64,000 bases of DNA from Candidatus Babelota bacterium. Its GTDB lineage: Bacteria > Babelota > Babeliae > Babelales > UASB340. Where the stretch lies: assembly GCA_014730005.1 (NCBI GenBank), contig WJIY01000017.1:8800-72799 (forward strand), read 5' to 3'. Of the stretch, positions 17,487-26,400 are shown piece after piece (positions within the stretch are counted from its first letter, which is position 1; the number at the start of each line of letters is the position of its first letter). The translations under genes were made by a program, and so were the position numbers. Under the pieces are notes generated by a model that searched no databases, had not been told where the DNA came from, and worked only from the letters and a program-made list of their open reading frames with translations.

Positions 17487-18614
17487 ATGAAAAAAGTTTT
17501 GACTATTGGCGGAGCAACGCAAGATATGTATCTTCGTTATGAAGGTGCAGATTGCATGTCCATTACGAAGAAAGATTCTTCTCAACAATATATGATTTTT
17601 GAATCAGGTGAAAAAATTGAAGTTGATAATATTTTGTATTATACAGGAGGAGGATCTACAAATTCTGCAGTATCTTTTAAAAGACTTGGTTTTAATTCAT
17701 CATGTTTTTGTAAAATTGGAATAGATAACGCAGGTAAATTAGTTCTTAATGATCTTGAAAAAGAAAGTGTTGATATCTCTAATATTTTAAAATCCCAAAA
17801 GCATAATACCGGAAATTCTATTATTATTAATTCTATAAGAGGAGAAAGAACAATCTTTGCTTACAGAGGCGCAAATGGCTTTTTGCAAAAAAACGAAATT
17901 CCTATGAAAAAAATTAAAAACTGCAATCAGCTATATATAACATCTTTGAGTTACGGTTCTGCAAATCTGCTTCCACAAATAGTAAAATGTGCTAAAGATA
18001 ATAACGTTCCTGTTGCAATAAATCCAGGATCTAGCCAACTTGCTAATGGAACAAAAAAACTTCAAGAATCATTAAAAAATATTGATATTTTTATATTAAA
18101 TAGCTCTGAAGCTAAAACATTTATGTTAGCTTTAATAAAAAATAATAAAGATTATCAAAAAGCATTTGAAAGTAAAAATAAAAAAACTAATACAACTTCT
18201 TTAGAAAACAAAAAAAGGAACCCTCATCTTTTAACATCACCATTAACCCATGAAAATTTTTATTTCAGCATAAATAAATTTTTTAAAGAAGTATTGAAAA
18301 TGGGCCCTAAAATTATAGTTGTTACAAATGGAGCTAATGGGGTATACGTATCTACAAAAAAAGAAATTATTTTTCATCCAAGCATTAAAACAGAAGTTGT
18401 CGACACTTTAGGAGCTGGCGATTCGTTTGGCTCCTGTTTTGTTGCAAGCTTATTACATGGATATGATATCTATGATGCTTTAAAAAATGGAATTATTAAT
18501 AGCGCTTCAGTAATAGGACACTATGGAGCAAAACCGGGACTTTTAACAAAAAAACAACTTGAGGAAAAAAGAAAAAAAATTAAAAAAAATTTGATACAAA
18601 AATTTAAATTTTGA
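17487..18614 (+). CDS. PfkB-family carbohydrate kinase (ribokinase-like) with an internal Lys/Asn-rich insertion
   Basis: Motifs GGGSTNSAVSFKRLG and C-terminal DTLGAGDSFGSCFVASL are present. A roughly 60-aa insertion (KNNKDYQKAFESKNKKTNTTSLENKKRNPHLL...) lies between the lobes. Confidence 0.8.
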   Translation: MKKVLTIGGATQDMYLRYEGADCMSITKKDSSQQYMIFESGEKIEVDNILYYTGGGSTNSAVSFKRLGFNSSCFCKIGIDNAGKLVLNDLEKESVDISNILKSQKHNTGNSIIINSIRGERTIFAYRGANGFLQKNEIPMKKIKNCNQLYITSLSYGSANLLPQIVKCAKDNNVPVAINPGSSQLANGTKKLQESLKNIDIFILNSSEAKTFMLALIKNNKDYQKAFESKNKKTNTTSLENKKRNPHLLTSPLTHENFYFSINKFFKEVLKMGPKIIVVTNGANGVYVSTKKEIIFHPSIKTEVVDTLGAGDSFGSCFVASLLHGYDIYDALKNGIINSASVIGHYGAKPGLLTKKQLEEKRKKIKKNLIQKFKF

Positions 18615-18636
18615 ATTTTGAAAGGTATGAATTTTA

Positions 18637-19611
18637 GTGAAGATTTTTATATATATAGAGATAAATAATGCTTCACTAACGTTGAGCATAATAAAACAAA
18701 AAAATTATTCTTATATTATTCAAAAAATAAATATTATTAAGCTAAATAATTTAGAATTTAAAGATGGCATCATTTATAATCCTTCCAAAATCTTGTTTTA
18801 TATACAAGATTTTTTAACCATTAATAAACTTAAAAATATAAAAACAATAATTAGTATGCCTAATATAAAAATAAATCAAGAAATAATCGAAAAATTGATG
18901 ATTTTGCAACATGCTTTATGCATTTGTAAAGCAGGTTTGAAAATAGAAAAAATAATTAATACTTCTATAATAAATAACGATTCAAATATTAAGTCTTTTA
19001 ATAGTAAAATAATTAACAATCAAAAAAATTTATATTCATTTTTGTTAAATAAAAACAAACATCCTTTTTGCTGGATTTTTACATCATTAATATTATCAAT
19101 ATTAATGCTTTACATTGCACAAGTTTTTAACATTAAACAAAATAACCAAATAAGCCTTTTGAAAATGAAAACTCAAAACCTATCACAAATAAATTTGAAC
19201 TTTAAAAAAGAACTTGATTCTTTAAATACCATAAAAGTACAAAATGATGAGATAGAAAATAAGATAAAAAAAATACAGCAAATTAAAAACATACCAAATA
19301 ATATTAGTAATTTATTAGTACATACTGCATATAGCATTCCAAAAGATAGTTTTTTAACTAAATTATCAATTCTAAAAAATCCCAATTCTGAAAAAACAAA
19401 GCAACAAAGCAAAACTAGTCTGCAATTACAAGGAATAACAAAGAATCAAAAATCAATTTTACAATTATGTAATAAATTAAAAGACTTAAAGATTATACAA
19501 TCAGTAAAACCTAATAATTTTAAACGAATTAAAACAAAAAAAACTGCCAAAAATAATCAACTTAAAGAATTTGAATTTCAAATAACAGCTCTTATAAAAA
19601 ATAATCAATAA
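18637..19611 (+). CDS. bitopic membrane protein, GspL / PilM-PilN-like (tentative)
   Basis: GTG start. The protein has a ~145-aa cytoplasmic part, a single TM (CWIFTSLILSILMLYIAQVF), then a coiled coil and a small domain, as in PilN or the GspL C-terminus. No motif-level proof. Confidence 0.3.
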   Translation: MKIFIYIEINNASLTLSIIKQKNYSYIIQKINIIKLNNLEFKDGIIYNPSKILFYIQDFLTINKLKNIKTIISMPNIKINQEIIEKLMILQHALCICKAGLKIEKIINTSIINNDSNIKSFNSKIINNQKNLYSFLLNKNKHPFCWIFTSLILSILMLYIAQVFNIKQNNQISLLKMKTQNLSQINLNFKKELDSLNTIKVQNDEIENKIKKIQQIKNIPNNISNLLVHTAYSIPKDSFLTKLSILKNPNSEKTKQQSKTSLQLQGITKNQKSILQLCNKLKDLKIIQSVKPNNFKRIKTKKTAKNNQLKEFEFQITALIKNNQ

Positions 19612-19730
19612 TCAAAATATAAATATTGACAATAAAAACAATTTATGAGAATTATTCTATTATAAATATAGGATACACAATTAAGAACCATTTTAAAAAA
19701 ATGAGGTATTAAAATAAAGAAAGGGTTGTA

Positions 19731-19943
19731 ATGAATAGAAACATTTTAATTTTTACCATTTTAATTTTATTTTCAGCACTCCAAAATTTATCAGCTTTAA
19801 AAATAAAAAAAGGAACATCAACAAAACAAAAAACAATAATTCCCGCAAAAATTGTTGAACGTCCACGCAAAAAAAATAAGAATTATAAAAAGTCCACAAT
19901 CATAAATAGAAAAACAGTAACAAAAGGAAATAAAAAACGTTAG
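19731..19943 (+). CDS. small secreted Lys-rich protein (70 aa)
   Basis: Signal-peptide-like N-terminus ILIFTILILFSALQNLSA followed by a very basic tail. It is followed by its own hairpin terminator. Weak coding evidence only. Confidence 0.35.
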   Translation: MNRNILIFTILILFSALQNLSALKIKKGTSTKQKTIIPAKIVERPRKKNKNYKKSTIINRKTVTKGNKKR

Positions 19944-19970
19944 TCAAAAATTCTATATGTAATTATCTAA

Positions 19971-20017
19971 AAAGCGAACTTTATTTTATGTATTATTATC
20001 ATAAAGTTCGCTTTTTT
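19971..20017 (+). terminator. rho-independent terminator
   Basis: Stem aaagcgaacttta (19971-19983) pairs with taaagttcgcttt (20002-20014). The loop is 18 nt and a T-run follows. Confidence 0.5.
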
Positions 20018-20239
20018 CTATATTTGCTCAAGAGTATTTTTTTTGATACAGTGAAACATATGCAAATATCGATACAATACAGCTTAAAAAATATAAATAT
20101 TTATGATTCGCTTTATTCATTATAAGATTTTTGTATTATGTTGTTATGTATGTTTAACCCTTTTAATCGGCAATTTAATATTATAATTAAATAATTTATT
20201 TAACAATTTTGCCGTTAAATTTTTCTAAGGACACTATTA

Positions 20240-22087
20240 ATGCAAAAAAAATCCGCTGATGCTGCCATTGTCAACTCAGAACAAAATTCAAAATTTAATA
20301 TCTCTCCTATTCTTAATACAGAACTTATTGAAGATGAATTTGAATTAAATGATGAACAAAAATCTGAACTAACTGATTTTTATCGAAATACTCTTGATAA
20401 ATTCCAAATAGGAAAAATAATAACCGGAAAAATTATATCTAAAGAAAATAATGGAGTTTTGATAAATATTGGATATAAATCTGATGGACTAATCCCCAAC
20501 TATGAATTTTCTGATATTGAGCTAAAAAGGTTTAATCCTGGCGATGAAATTGAGGTTATTTTAGATAGAATTGAAGATGAACATGGAAACGTTGTTTTAT
20601 CATATCAAAAAGCAAAATCTATTAAAGCATGGGAAAAAATAGCTGAAGTTGCGCAAAAAGATGAACCCGTTAGGGGCATCGTTACCCACAAGGTCAAAGG
20701 TGGTTTAAGTGTAGATATTGGTATACCTGCTTTCTTGCCTGGTTCTCAAATTGATACTCAACGAGTAATTAATTTTGATCAATTTGTTGGCGAAGAAGTT
20801 ATTTGCAAAATATTAAAAGTTAATAAAAAACGTGGAAATGTAATAATATCAAGAAGAAAATATCTAGAAGAACAAAGACAAGAAGATAAAAAGCAAGCAC
20901 TTGAAACAATAAATGAAGGTCAAGTAATTGAAGGAACTGTAAAAAATATAACTTCTTATGGTGTGTTTGTTGATATTGGCGGAATCGATGGTTTATTACA
21001 TATAACAGATATGTCTTGGGGTAGAATATCCCATCCAAGCGAAATGGTTAAACTTGGAGACAAAATCACAGTAAAAGTTATATCTTTTGATAAACAAAAT
21101 GAAAAAATATCTCTAGGCTTAAAACAATTAACTGAAAATCCATGGAAAGACGTTGATCAAAAATATCCTGTAGGTAAAGAAGTTGAAGGCAAAGTATCAA
21201 GCATAACTGATTACGGTTTATTCGTTGAAATTGAAAAAGGAATTGAAGGACTTGTTCATATTTCCGAAATTTCATGGACCGAAAGAATCAATAATCTTTC
21301 AAAATATTATACAATTGGAGACAATGTAAAAGTTAAAGTTGTAGCTTTAGATAAAGACAACAGAAGAATGTCCTTAAGTATTAAACAACTTAAATCAGAT
21401 CCTTGGAAAATGGTTGCAGCCAAGTTCAAAGAAGGTGATAAAATTAAAGGCAAGATAACTAATATTACTGATTTTGGAATATTTGTTCAGCTTTTAGAGG
21501 GAGTAGATGGATTAGTGCATATATCTGACATTTCCTGGACTAATCATATTTCTCACCCAGGGGAAAAATACAAAAAAGGAGATGTGGTTGAAGCTGTCAT
21601 TTTAGGTATCGATCCTGAAAATAAAAAGGTTTCTCTTGGAATAAAACAATTGGATAAAGATCCTTGGGAAAACATAGAAAAAGAATATCCTGTAGGAAGT
21701 GTAGTAGAAGGAACTGTTTCAAAAATAACTAATTTTGGTGCCTTTATTAAACTTCCATCTGGAATTGAAGGATTAATTCATATTTCGGAACTCTCAGATA
21801 AAGAAGTTGAAAAAGTTGAAGATATTTTAAAGGTTGGGCAGATTGAAAAATTTAAAGTCATCAAGGTAAATGAAGAAGAACGTAAATTAGGTTTAAGTCT
21901 TAAAACCAATTCAAAATCAAAAGAAGCAGAAAAAACATCAAGCTCTTTTACTGAAAAAAAGACTGAACCCAAAACAGAAGAAAGTGTTCCAAAAACAAAT
22001 AAAACTGTTAAAGCAAAAGAAAATTCTAAAGTCAAAGGAATTTTACAACAAGCACTAGAAGCACATTTAAAGAAAAATAACGAATAA
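20240..22087 (+). CDS. rpsA: 30S ribosomal protein S1
   Basis: Six tandem S1 domains are present (repeated G.V...T.FG.FV.L..G.EGL.HISE patterns). There is a Lys-rich C-terminal tail. 615 aa. Confidence 0.95.
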   Translation: MQKKSADAAIVNSEQNSKFNISPILNTELIEDEFELNDEQKSELTDFYRNTLDKFQIGKIITGKIISKENNGVLINIGYKSDGLIPNYEFSDIELKRFNPGDEIEVILDRIEDEHGNVVLSYQKAKSIKAWEKIAEVAQKDEPVRGIVTHKVKGGLSVDIGIPAFLPGSQIDTQRVINFDQFVGEEVICKILKVNKKRGNVIISRRKYLEEQRQEDKKQALETINEGQVIEGTVKNITSYGVFVDIGGIDGLLHITDMSWGRISHPSEMVKLGDKITVKVISFDKQNEKISLGLKQLTENPWKDVDQKYPVGKEVEGKVSSITDYGLFVEIEKGIEGLVHISEISWTERINNLSKYYTIGDNVKVKVVALDKDNRRMSLSIKQLKSDPWKMVAAKFKEGDKIKGKITNITDFGIFVQLLEGVDGLVHISDISWTNHISHPGEKYKKGDVVEAVILGIDPENKKVSLGIKQLDKDPWENIEKEYPVGSVVEGTVSKITNFGAFIKLPSGIEGLIHISELSDKEVEKVEDILKVGQIEKFKVIKVNEEERKLGLSLKTNSKSKEAEKTSSSFTEKKTEPKTEESVPKTNKTVKAKENSKVKGILQQALEAHLKKNNE

Positions 22088-22113
22088 TTAATATTAATTA
22101 TAATTTTATTAAA

Positions 22114-22157
22114 AGAAGTGGCGTTTACTAACAATAAAAACTGCCGCTTCTTTTTTT
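22114..22157 (+). terminator. rho-independent terminator downstream of rpsA
   Basis: Stem agaagtggc (22114-22122) pairs with gccgcttct (22143-22151), with one G-U pair. The loop is 20 nt and a T7 run follows. Confidence 0.5.
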
Positions 22158-22179
22158 ATACGAACAAAGGAAAAATTAT

Positions 22180-22593
22180 ATGGTTGAAGCAACATTAGCA
22201 ATAATTAAGCCAGATGCAATTAAAGCAAAAAATGCAGGAAAAATTATTGATCGTATTGAAAAAGAAGGCTTCGAAATAATAGCAATAAAAAAATTACATC
22301 TAACAAAAAATCAAGCAGAAGCTTTTTACGCTATTCACAAAGGAAAACCTTTCTTTAATGAACTTGTTGAATTTATGACCTCTGGGCCAATTATTGTTAT
22401 GGCACTTAAAAAAGAAAATGCAATTAAAGAATGGAGAGACCTTATGGGGGCAACAAATCCTGCAGAAGCCGCAGAAAATACTATTCGCAAACTATATGGC
22501 ACTAATAAAGGTATTAATGCAACACATGGATCAGATGCACCAGAAACGGCAAAGGTTGAAATTGATTTTTTTTTCCCAGATTTACAAAAATAA
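22180..22593 (+). CDS. ndk: nucleoside diphosphate kinase
   Basis: Motifs TLAIIKPDA, GPIIVMAL and NATHGSD (catalytic His) are present. 137 aa. Confidence 0.97.
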   Translation: MVEATLAIIKPDAIKAKNAGKIIDRIEKEGFEIIAIKKLHLTKNQAEAFYAIHKGKPFFNELVEFMTSGPIIVMALKKENAIKEWRDLMGATNPAEAAENTIRKLYGTNKGINATHGSDAPETAKVEIDFFFPDLQK

Positions 22594-22618
22594 AAATTAA
22601 CACAAAATTGTCAAAAAA

Positions 22619-22649
22619 GGGACAGAAAAAATCTGTCCCTTTTTATTTT
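22619..22649. terminator. bidirectional rho-independent terminator between convergent genes
   Basis: Stem gggacaga (22619-22626) pairs with tctgtccc (22632-22639). T-runs are present on both strands. Confidence 0.7.
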
Positions 22650-22672
22650 AAATTTAAAATTTTTTAAAAAAA

Positions 22673-24130
22673 TTAGTGTTCACTTTGTTTAGGAGCTGTT
22701 AAAATTTGCATAAATTGTTGTTTCGTTTCTAATATTTTATTTTTTGCTATCGTGAAATATTGTTCCTCTGTCAATTTAAATTCTTTTGACCATTGACCTA
22801 TCTTTTCAATGCCAATTAAAGTCTCATTGATTTCTTGCAATTGTTTAACGACTGCTGGAAATTGATCTTGAGTTGCTATTAGTTGTTTTAAATTTTCACT
22901 AGCTTTATCAATTAATAAATTAAAATTTTTTATATTTTCTTTGCTCATTTCGGGTTTAAAATTAGCAATATTATCAACAATGCCATTAAATTCTCTTACT
23001 AATTCTTGTGGTGTTTTTTTAACTTCTTCAACTCTTCCAACAATTTTTTCTTCTTCTATTTTTTCTTCTTTTACTTCTACTCTTATTTGTTCTTCAGAAG
23101 GCTTTATCTGTTCAGCCATAGGAGCTGAGACAGGAGGAGGTGCCATTTTTTGTTGTTGTTCTGAAATAGTCTCAGGAACTGGTTGTTGAGGTAATGGATA
23201 TTGTTCTTGTGGATAAGCAGTAGAAGGCATATCTCCCGTTTGTTGTGGCTTTCTAAACATACCCGCTATAGAAGCAGCTGTTCCTGCAACTTCATGCGCA
23301 ATTTGTGCTCCTTCTCTTATGAGTTGTCCTCCTTGTTGAACAGCCGTAGCAGTTCCTTGTAGGCCTTGTTGGGTTTTTGCTCCAACTGTTTGAACTCCTC
23401 GTTTAACTCGTTGCCATCTGCTTTCAGGGATATCACTTGGTTCTTCAGATACAGTTGCTTCTGATTGAGTTACTGCAATTTCCTCAGTTTTTTCACCTTC
23501 TTTTGTTGTTACAGCTTCTTCAATTGTCTCCTCTTCTTGTTTTGGTTTAGCTCTTTGTTGACTAATTTGAATTTCAGATTTTGTACTAGGGGTTTCTGGT
23601 TTTTCAGCTTTTTGCCACCAGCCTATTCTTGGTTTTTCCTCAGGACCTTCTTGCACGGATGTTGGTTCTGCAGGTACCGGAGGTGGCGGAGGTACAGCTG
23701 CAGGTGCTGGTGGGGGTGGGGGTGGAGCTGAAGGTTGCTCTTCAATAGTAGTTGTAGATGTCGGTTGTGTTGGAGCAGTAGAACTTGGTGTACGTCCTGG
23801 TAATTTTTGTTTAAACTTTTGCCATAAAGAAGGCTTTACAGCAGCTTGTTGGCCTGTTGTTGTACCTACACTTGATGGCTGTGCTGTACTTGGTTGTTGA
23901 GTTACAGTTGTAGGCTGTTGAGTCGGTGGTTTTTCTCTCGAAAATTTTTGTTTAAACTTTTGCCATCTTGATGTTGTTGTACTTGTTGATGTGGGCTTAG
24001 TTGTAGTAGCTGTTGTTGAAGATGATTTTCGTCCAAAAGATGGAAATTTAATAGCAAATAAGGATTTAAATCCCAAATACTGAATTATAAATATAAAAAA
24101 AAGAATTAAAATCAATCTTAATATTTTCAT
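22673..24130 (-). CDS. signal-anchored Pro/Thr/Gln-rich repeat protein with polyproline tract and helical C-terminal domain
   Basis: The 485-aa ORF has a hydrophobic N-terminus (LRLILILFFIFIIQYLGF) and S/T tracts (SSSTTATTTKPTSTSTTTS). It carries a four-fold W-Q-K/R motif, PPPPPPAPAAVPPPPPVP, and a structured-looking C-terminal ~120 aa. A G-rich RBS-like sequence, agggggaaaggaaag, lies upstream. Confidence 0.75.
   Translation of the reverse strand: MKILRLILILFFIFIIQYLGFKSLFAIKFPSFGRKSSSTTATTTKPTSTSTTTSRWQKFKQKFSREKPPTQQPTTVTQQPSTAQPSSVGTTTGQQAAVKPSLWQKFKQKLPGRTPSSTAPTQPTSTTTIEEQPSAPPPPPPAPAAVPPPPPVPAEPTSVQEGPEEKPRIGWWQKAEKPETPSTKSEIQISQQRAKPKQEEETIEEAVTTKEGEKTEEIAVTQSEATVSEEPSDIPESRWQRVKRGVQTVGAKTQQGLQGTATAVQQGGQLIREGAQIAHEVAGTAASIAGMFRKPQQTGDMPSTAYPQEQYPLPQQPVPETISEQQQKMAPPPVSAPMAEQIKPSEEQIRVEVKEEKIEEEKIVGRVEEVKKTPQELVREFNGIVDNIANFKPEMSKENIKNFNLLIDKASENLKQLIATQDQFPAVVKQLQEINETLIGIEKIGQWSKEFKLTEEQYFTIAKNKILETKQQFMQILTAPKQSEH
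23802..23966 (-). repeat. 24-nt perfect direct repeat inside the Pro-rich gene
   Basis: aatttttgtttaaacttttgccat occurs at 23802-23825 and again at 23943-23966, 141 nt (47 codons) apart. It encodes the WQKFKQK motif twice. Confidence 0.85.
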
Positions 24131-24205
24131 TTAGCTTTCCTTTCCCCCTAACTTTAAAAAATTTGAAAATTTTTGAAGATTTTTTGCTTATAATACAAAT
24201 TATTA

Positions 24206-24223
24206 TTATTATCATGATAATAA
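24206..24223. promoter_or_regulatory. 18-nt perfect palindrome upstream of the Pro-rich gene (candidate operator)
   Basis: ttattatcatgataataa is self-complementary. It lies about 80 nt upstream of the ATG at 24130, in the 126-nt gap after kdsA. Confidence 0.25.
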
Positions 24224-24256
24224 ATAATACTATAAATTGGCAATAAACTAATATTT

Positions 24257-25111
24257 TTAATTAACATTAGGAATCTTGCGTGATTTTATCCAAGAATCTA
24301 AATCAATAAGATATTTTAATAAATCTTCTAATTGAGATAATCTGATAGAGTTTGGCCCATCACATAAAGCTTTTTCTGGTTCATCATGAACTTCCATAAA
24401 TATTCCAGCTATACTTTGAGCAACTGCAGCAACTGCCAAATTGGATACAAAATTTCTATCACCACCAGACGAACATCCTTGACCCCCTGGCCGCTGAACA
24501 GAATGTGTAGCATCAAATACTATGGGCGACCCTATTTTTTTCATAATCGGAAAATTTCGATAATCAACAATCAAATTATTATAACCAAATACATATCCTC
24601 TTTCACAAATCCAAATATTTACATTTCCGGTAGATTTCACTTTAGCAACAACTTGCTTCATAGATTCAGGATTTAAAAATTGACCCTTTTTAACATGTAT
24701 AATTTTTCCCGTATTTCCTGCAGCAACCAATAAATCTGTTTGTCTCGATAAAAAAGCAGGAATTTGCAAAATATCTACAACTTCTGCAACATCAGAAATC
24801 TGAGTAATATCATGCACATCTGTAATAATAGGAATTTCTAGTTGTGAACGTATTTTATCTAAAATTTTTAAACCTTGATATAGTCCTATTCCACGATAAT
24901 TTTGAATAGCTGTCCTATTGGCCTTATCATAAGAACTTTTAAATATAAAATTAAACTTCAATTTTATAGATAATGTTTTTAAAAATTCTGCTATTTTTAA
25001 ACAATGAGACTCGTTTTCAATAACACACGGTCCTAAAATGAAAAAAAGTGGATTATCGTTAGCTTCTATTTTTTTTAAACGTTCAATGCGATTTTCAATT
25101 TCACGATTCAT
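24257..25111 (-). CDS. kdsA: 2-dehydro-3-deoxyphosphooctonate aldolase (KDO-8-phosphate synthase)
   Basis: Motifs LFFILGPCVIENE, FKSSYDKANR, DATHSVQRPGG and FMEVHDEPEKALCDGPN are present. Confidence 0.93.
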   Translation of the reverse strand: MNREIENRIERLKKIEANDNPLFFILGPCVIENESHCLKIAEFLKTLSIKLKFNFIFKSSYDKANRTAIQNYRGIGLYQGLKILDKIRSQLEIPIITDVHDITQISDVAEVVDILQIPAFLSRQTDLLVAAGNTGKIIHVKKGQFLNPESMKQVVAKVKSTGNVNIWICERGYVFGYNNLIVDYRNFPIMKKIGSPIVFDATHSVQRPGGQGCSSGGDRNFVSNLAVAAVAQSIAGIFMEVHDEPEKALCDGPNSIRLSQLEDLLKYLIDLDSWIKSRKIPNVN

Positions 25112-25123
25112 TAATTTCCAAAT

Positions 25124-25624
25124 TTATTTTATTTTTTCTTCTTTTTTTACCAATTTCCATTTTTTACACGCTTCATCTAAAATGCCATTTATAAACTTAT
25201 AAGAATCTTTTTCTGCAAAACATTTGGCTAATTCAATTGCTTCATTTATAACCACAGACGGAAAAGATCCTTCTTGTTGTAATTCCCATAAAGACATCCG
25301 CAAAATTATACGTGTACAACAACTAAGCCTATCTATTTTCCAGTTATGTAATAAGGGAATAATTAAATTATCTAATTCTTTTTTGTTCTTAATAACCGCT
25401 TTAGCTATTTTTATCGCTAAAGAATTATCTTGAATATTAAGATTGAACCCGATTTTAAAATTTTCAATTATTTCTTCGATAGGTAAATTATACTCGTAAG
25501 ATTCAGCAGCATATAAAAAATGAAAAGCTAAAGCACGAATATCTCTTTGAGAAATAACTTGAATAGCATTTTTTTTAAATGTTTTTTTTATCATTGATTT
25601 ATCAAAATCATTTTTGTTTGTCAT
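25124..25624 (-). CDS. nusB: transcription antitermination factor NusB
   Basis: Motifs [12 protein letters not shown] and [20 protein letters not shown], and a C-terminal FINGILD, are present. 166 aa. Confidence 0.85.
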   Translation of the reverse strand: MTNKNDFDKSMIKKTFKKNAIQVISQRDIRALAFHFLYAAESYEYNLPIEEIIENFKIGFNLNIQDNSLAIKIAKAVIKNKKELDNLIIPLLHNWKIDRLSCCTRIILRMSLWELQQEGSFPSVVINEAIELAKCFAEKDSYKFINGILDEACKKWKLVKKEEKIK

Positions 25625-25678
25625 ACAAAAAAAACCTTAAAAATTTCACAGAACTTTCATTGTTTGCTCAATATTTAA

Positions 25679-26239
25679 TTAATCAACTCTCTCTATATAT
25701 TTGTCATCACGTGTATCCACCTTAATCTTATCACCTTCATTTATAAACAAAGGAACAGAAACAACAAGACCCGTTTCTAAAATCGCAGGTTTGTTTCCAC
25801 CTTGTGCTGTATCTCCTTTCACACCAGGAACAGTATTAGCTACACTTAATTCCATAAACAATGGAGGTTCAACAGTAATTGGCTTATCTTTAAAAAATAA
25901 AACATCATAAATTTCAGCTTCTTTGAGATACTTTTTTATATTTTCAATATATTTTGGATCAAACTCAATTTGTTCATAACTATCTTGATCCATAAAATGA
26001 TACAAATCATCGGCATATAAATATTGCATTTTTTTTCGTTCTAGGTCAGGTTCTGGAAACTTTTCACCAGATCTAAAAGTTTCTTCCAAAATGCGGTTTG
26101 TTATCAAATTTTTTAATTTTGTTCGAACAAATGCTCCGCCTTTTCCTGGCTTGACATGCTGAAATTCTACAACAACCCAGGGTTCATTATTCCACAAAAT
26201 CTTAGTAGCTCCACGTTTAAAATCTGATGTTGATATCAC
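25679..26239 (-). CDS. efp: elongation factor P
   Basis: Motifs ISTSDFKRGATKILWNNEPWVVVEFQHVKPGKGGAFVRTKLKNL are present. 186 aa. Confidence 0.96.
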   Translation of the reverse strand: MISTSDFKRGATKILWNNEPWVVVEFQHVKPGKGGAFVRTKLKNLITNRILEETFRSGEKFPEPDLERKKMQYLYADDLYHFMDQDSYEQIEFDPKYIENIKKYLKEAEIYDVLFFKDKPITVEPPLFMELSVANTVPGVKGDTAQGGNKPAILETGLVVSVPLFINEGDKIKVDTRDDKYIERVD

Positions 26240-26321
26240 AAAAACACCTCTTAATTAATGCTTAATTAATGCTTATAAGTGCATTTTTAATAAAAAATAA
26301 ATATAACTGATAATAATCATA

Positions 26322-26350
26322 CAAAAAAAAAGCTCTTTGTACAAAGAGCT
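26322..26350 (-). terminator. rho-independent terminator after the glycine-zipper gene pair
   Basis: Palindrome agctctttgtacaaagagct (26331-26350). On the minus strand it is followed by a T9 run (the complement of a9 at 26322-26330). Confidence 0.6.
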
Positions 26351-26400
26351 TTTCCAACTTTATTTAAAGTAAATATTTATATAAATTAGTTATTATTAAT

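Noticed and set aside
22394-22600. 68-aa + strand ORF overlapping ndk in another frame
   Set aside because: The ndk frame carries every conserved NDK motif. The alternative frame has none and would need a start codon inside ndk.
23465-23731. 88-aa + strand ORF rich in W, R, C and F (and the 82-aa ORF at 22941-23189)
   Set aside because: It is a mirror-image artefact of the Pro/Thr/Gln-rich gene on the minus strand, because CCN and ACN codons read as NGG and NGT in antisense. The minus-strand ORF is far longer and has an RBS and a signal sequence.
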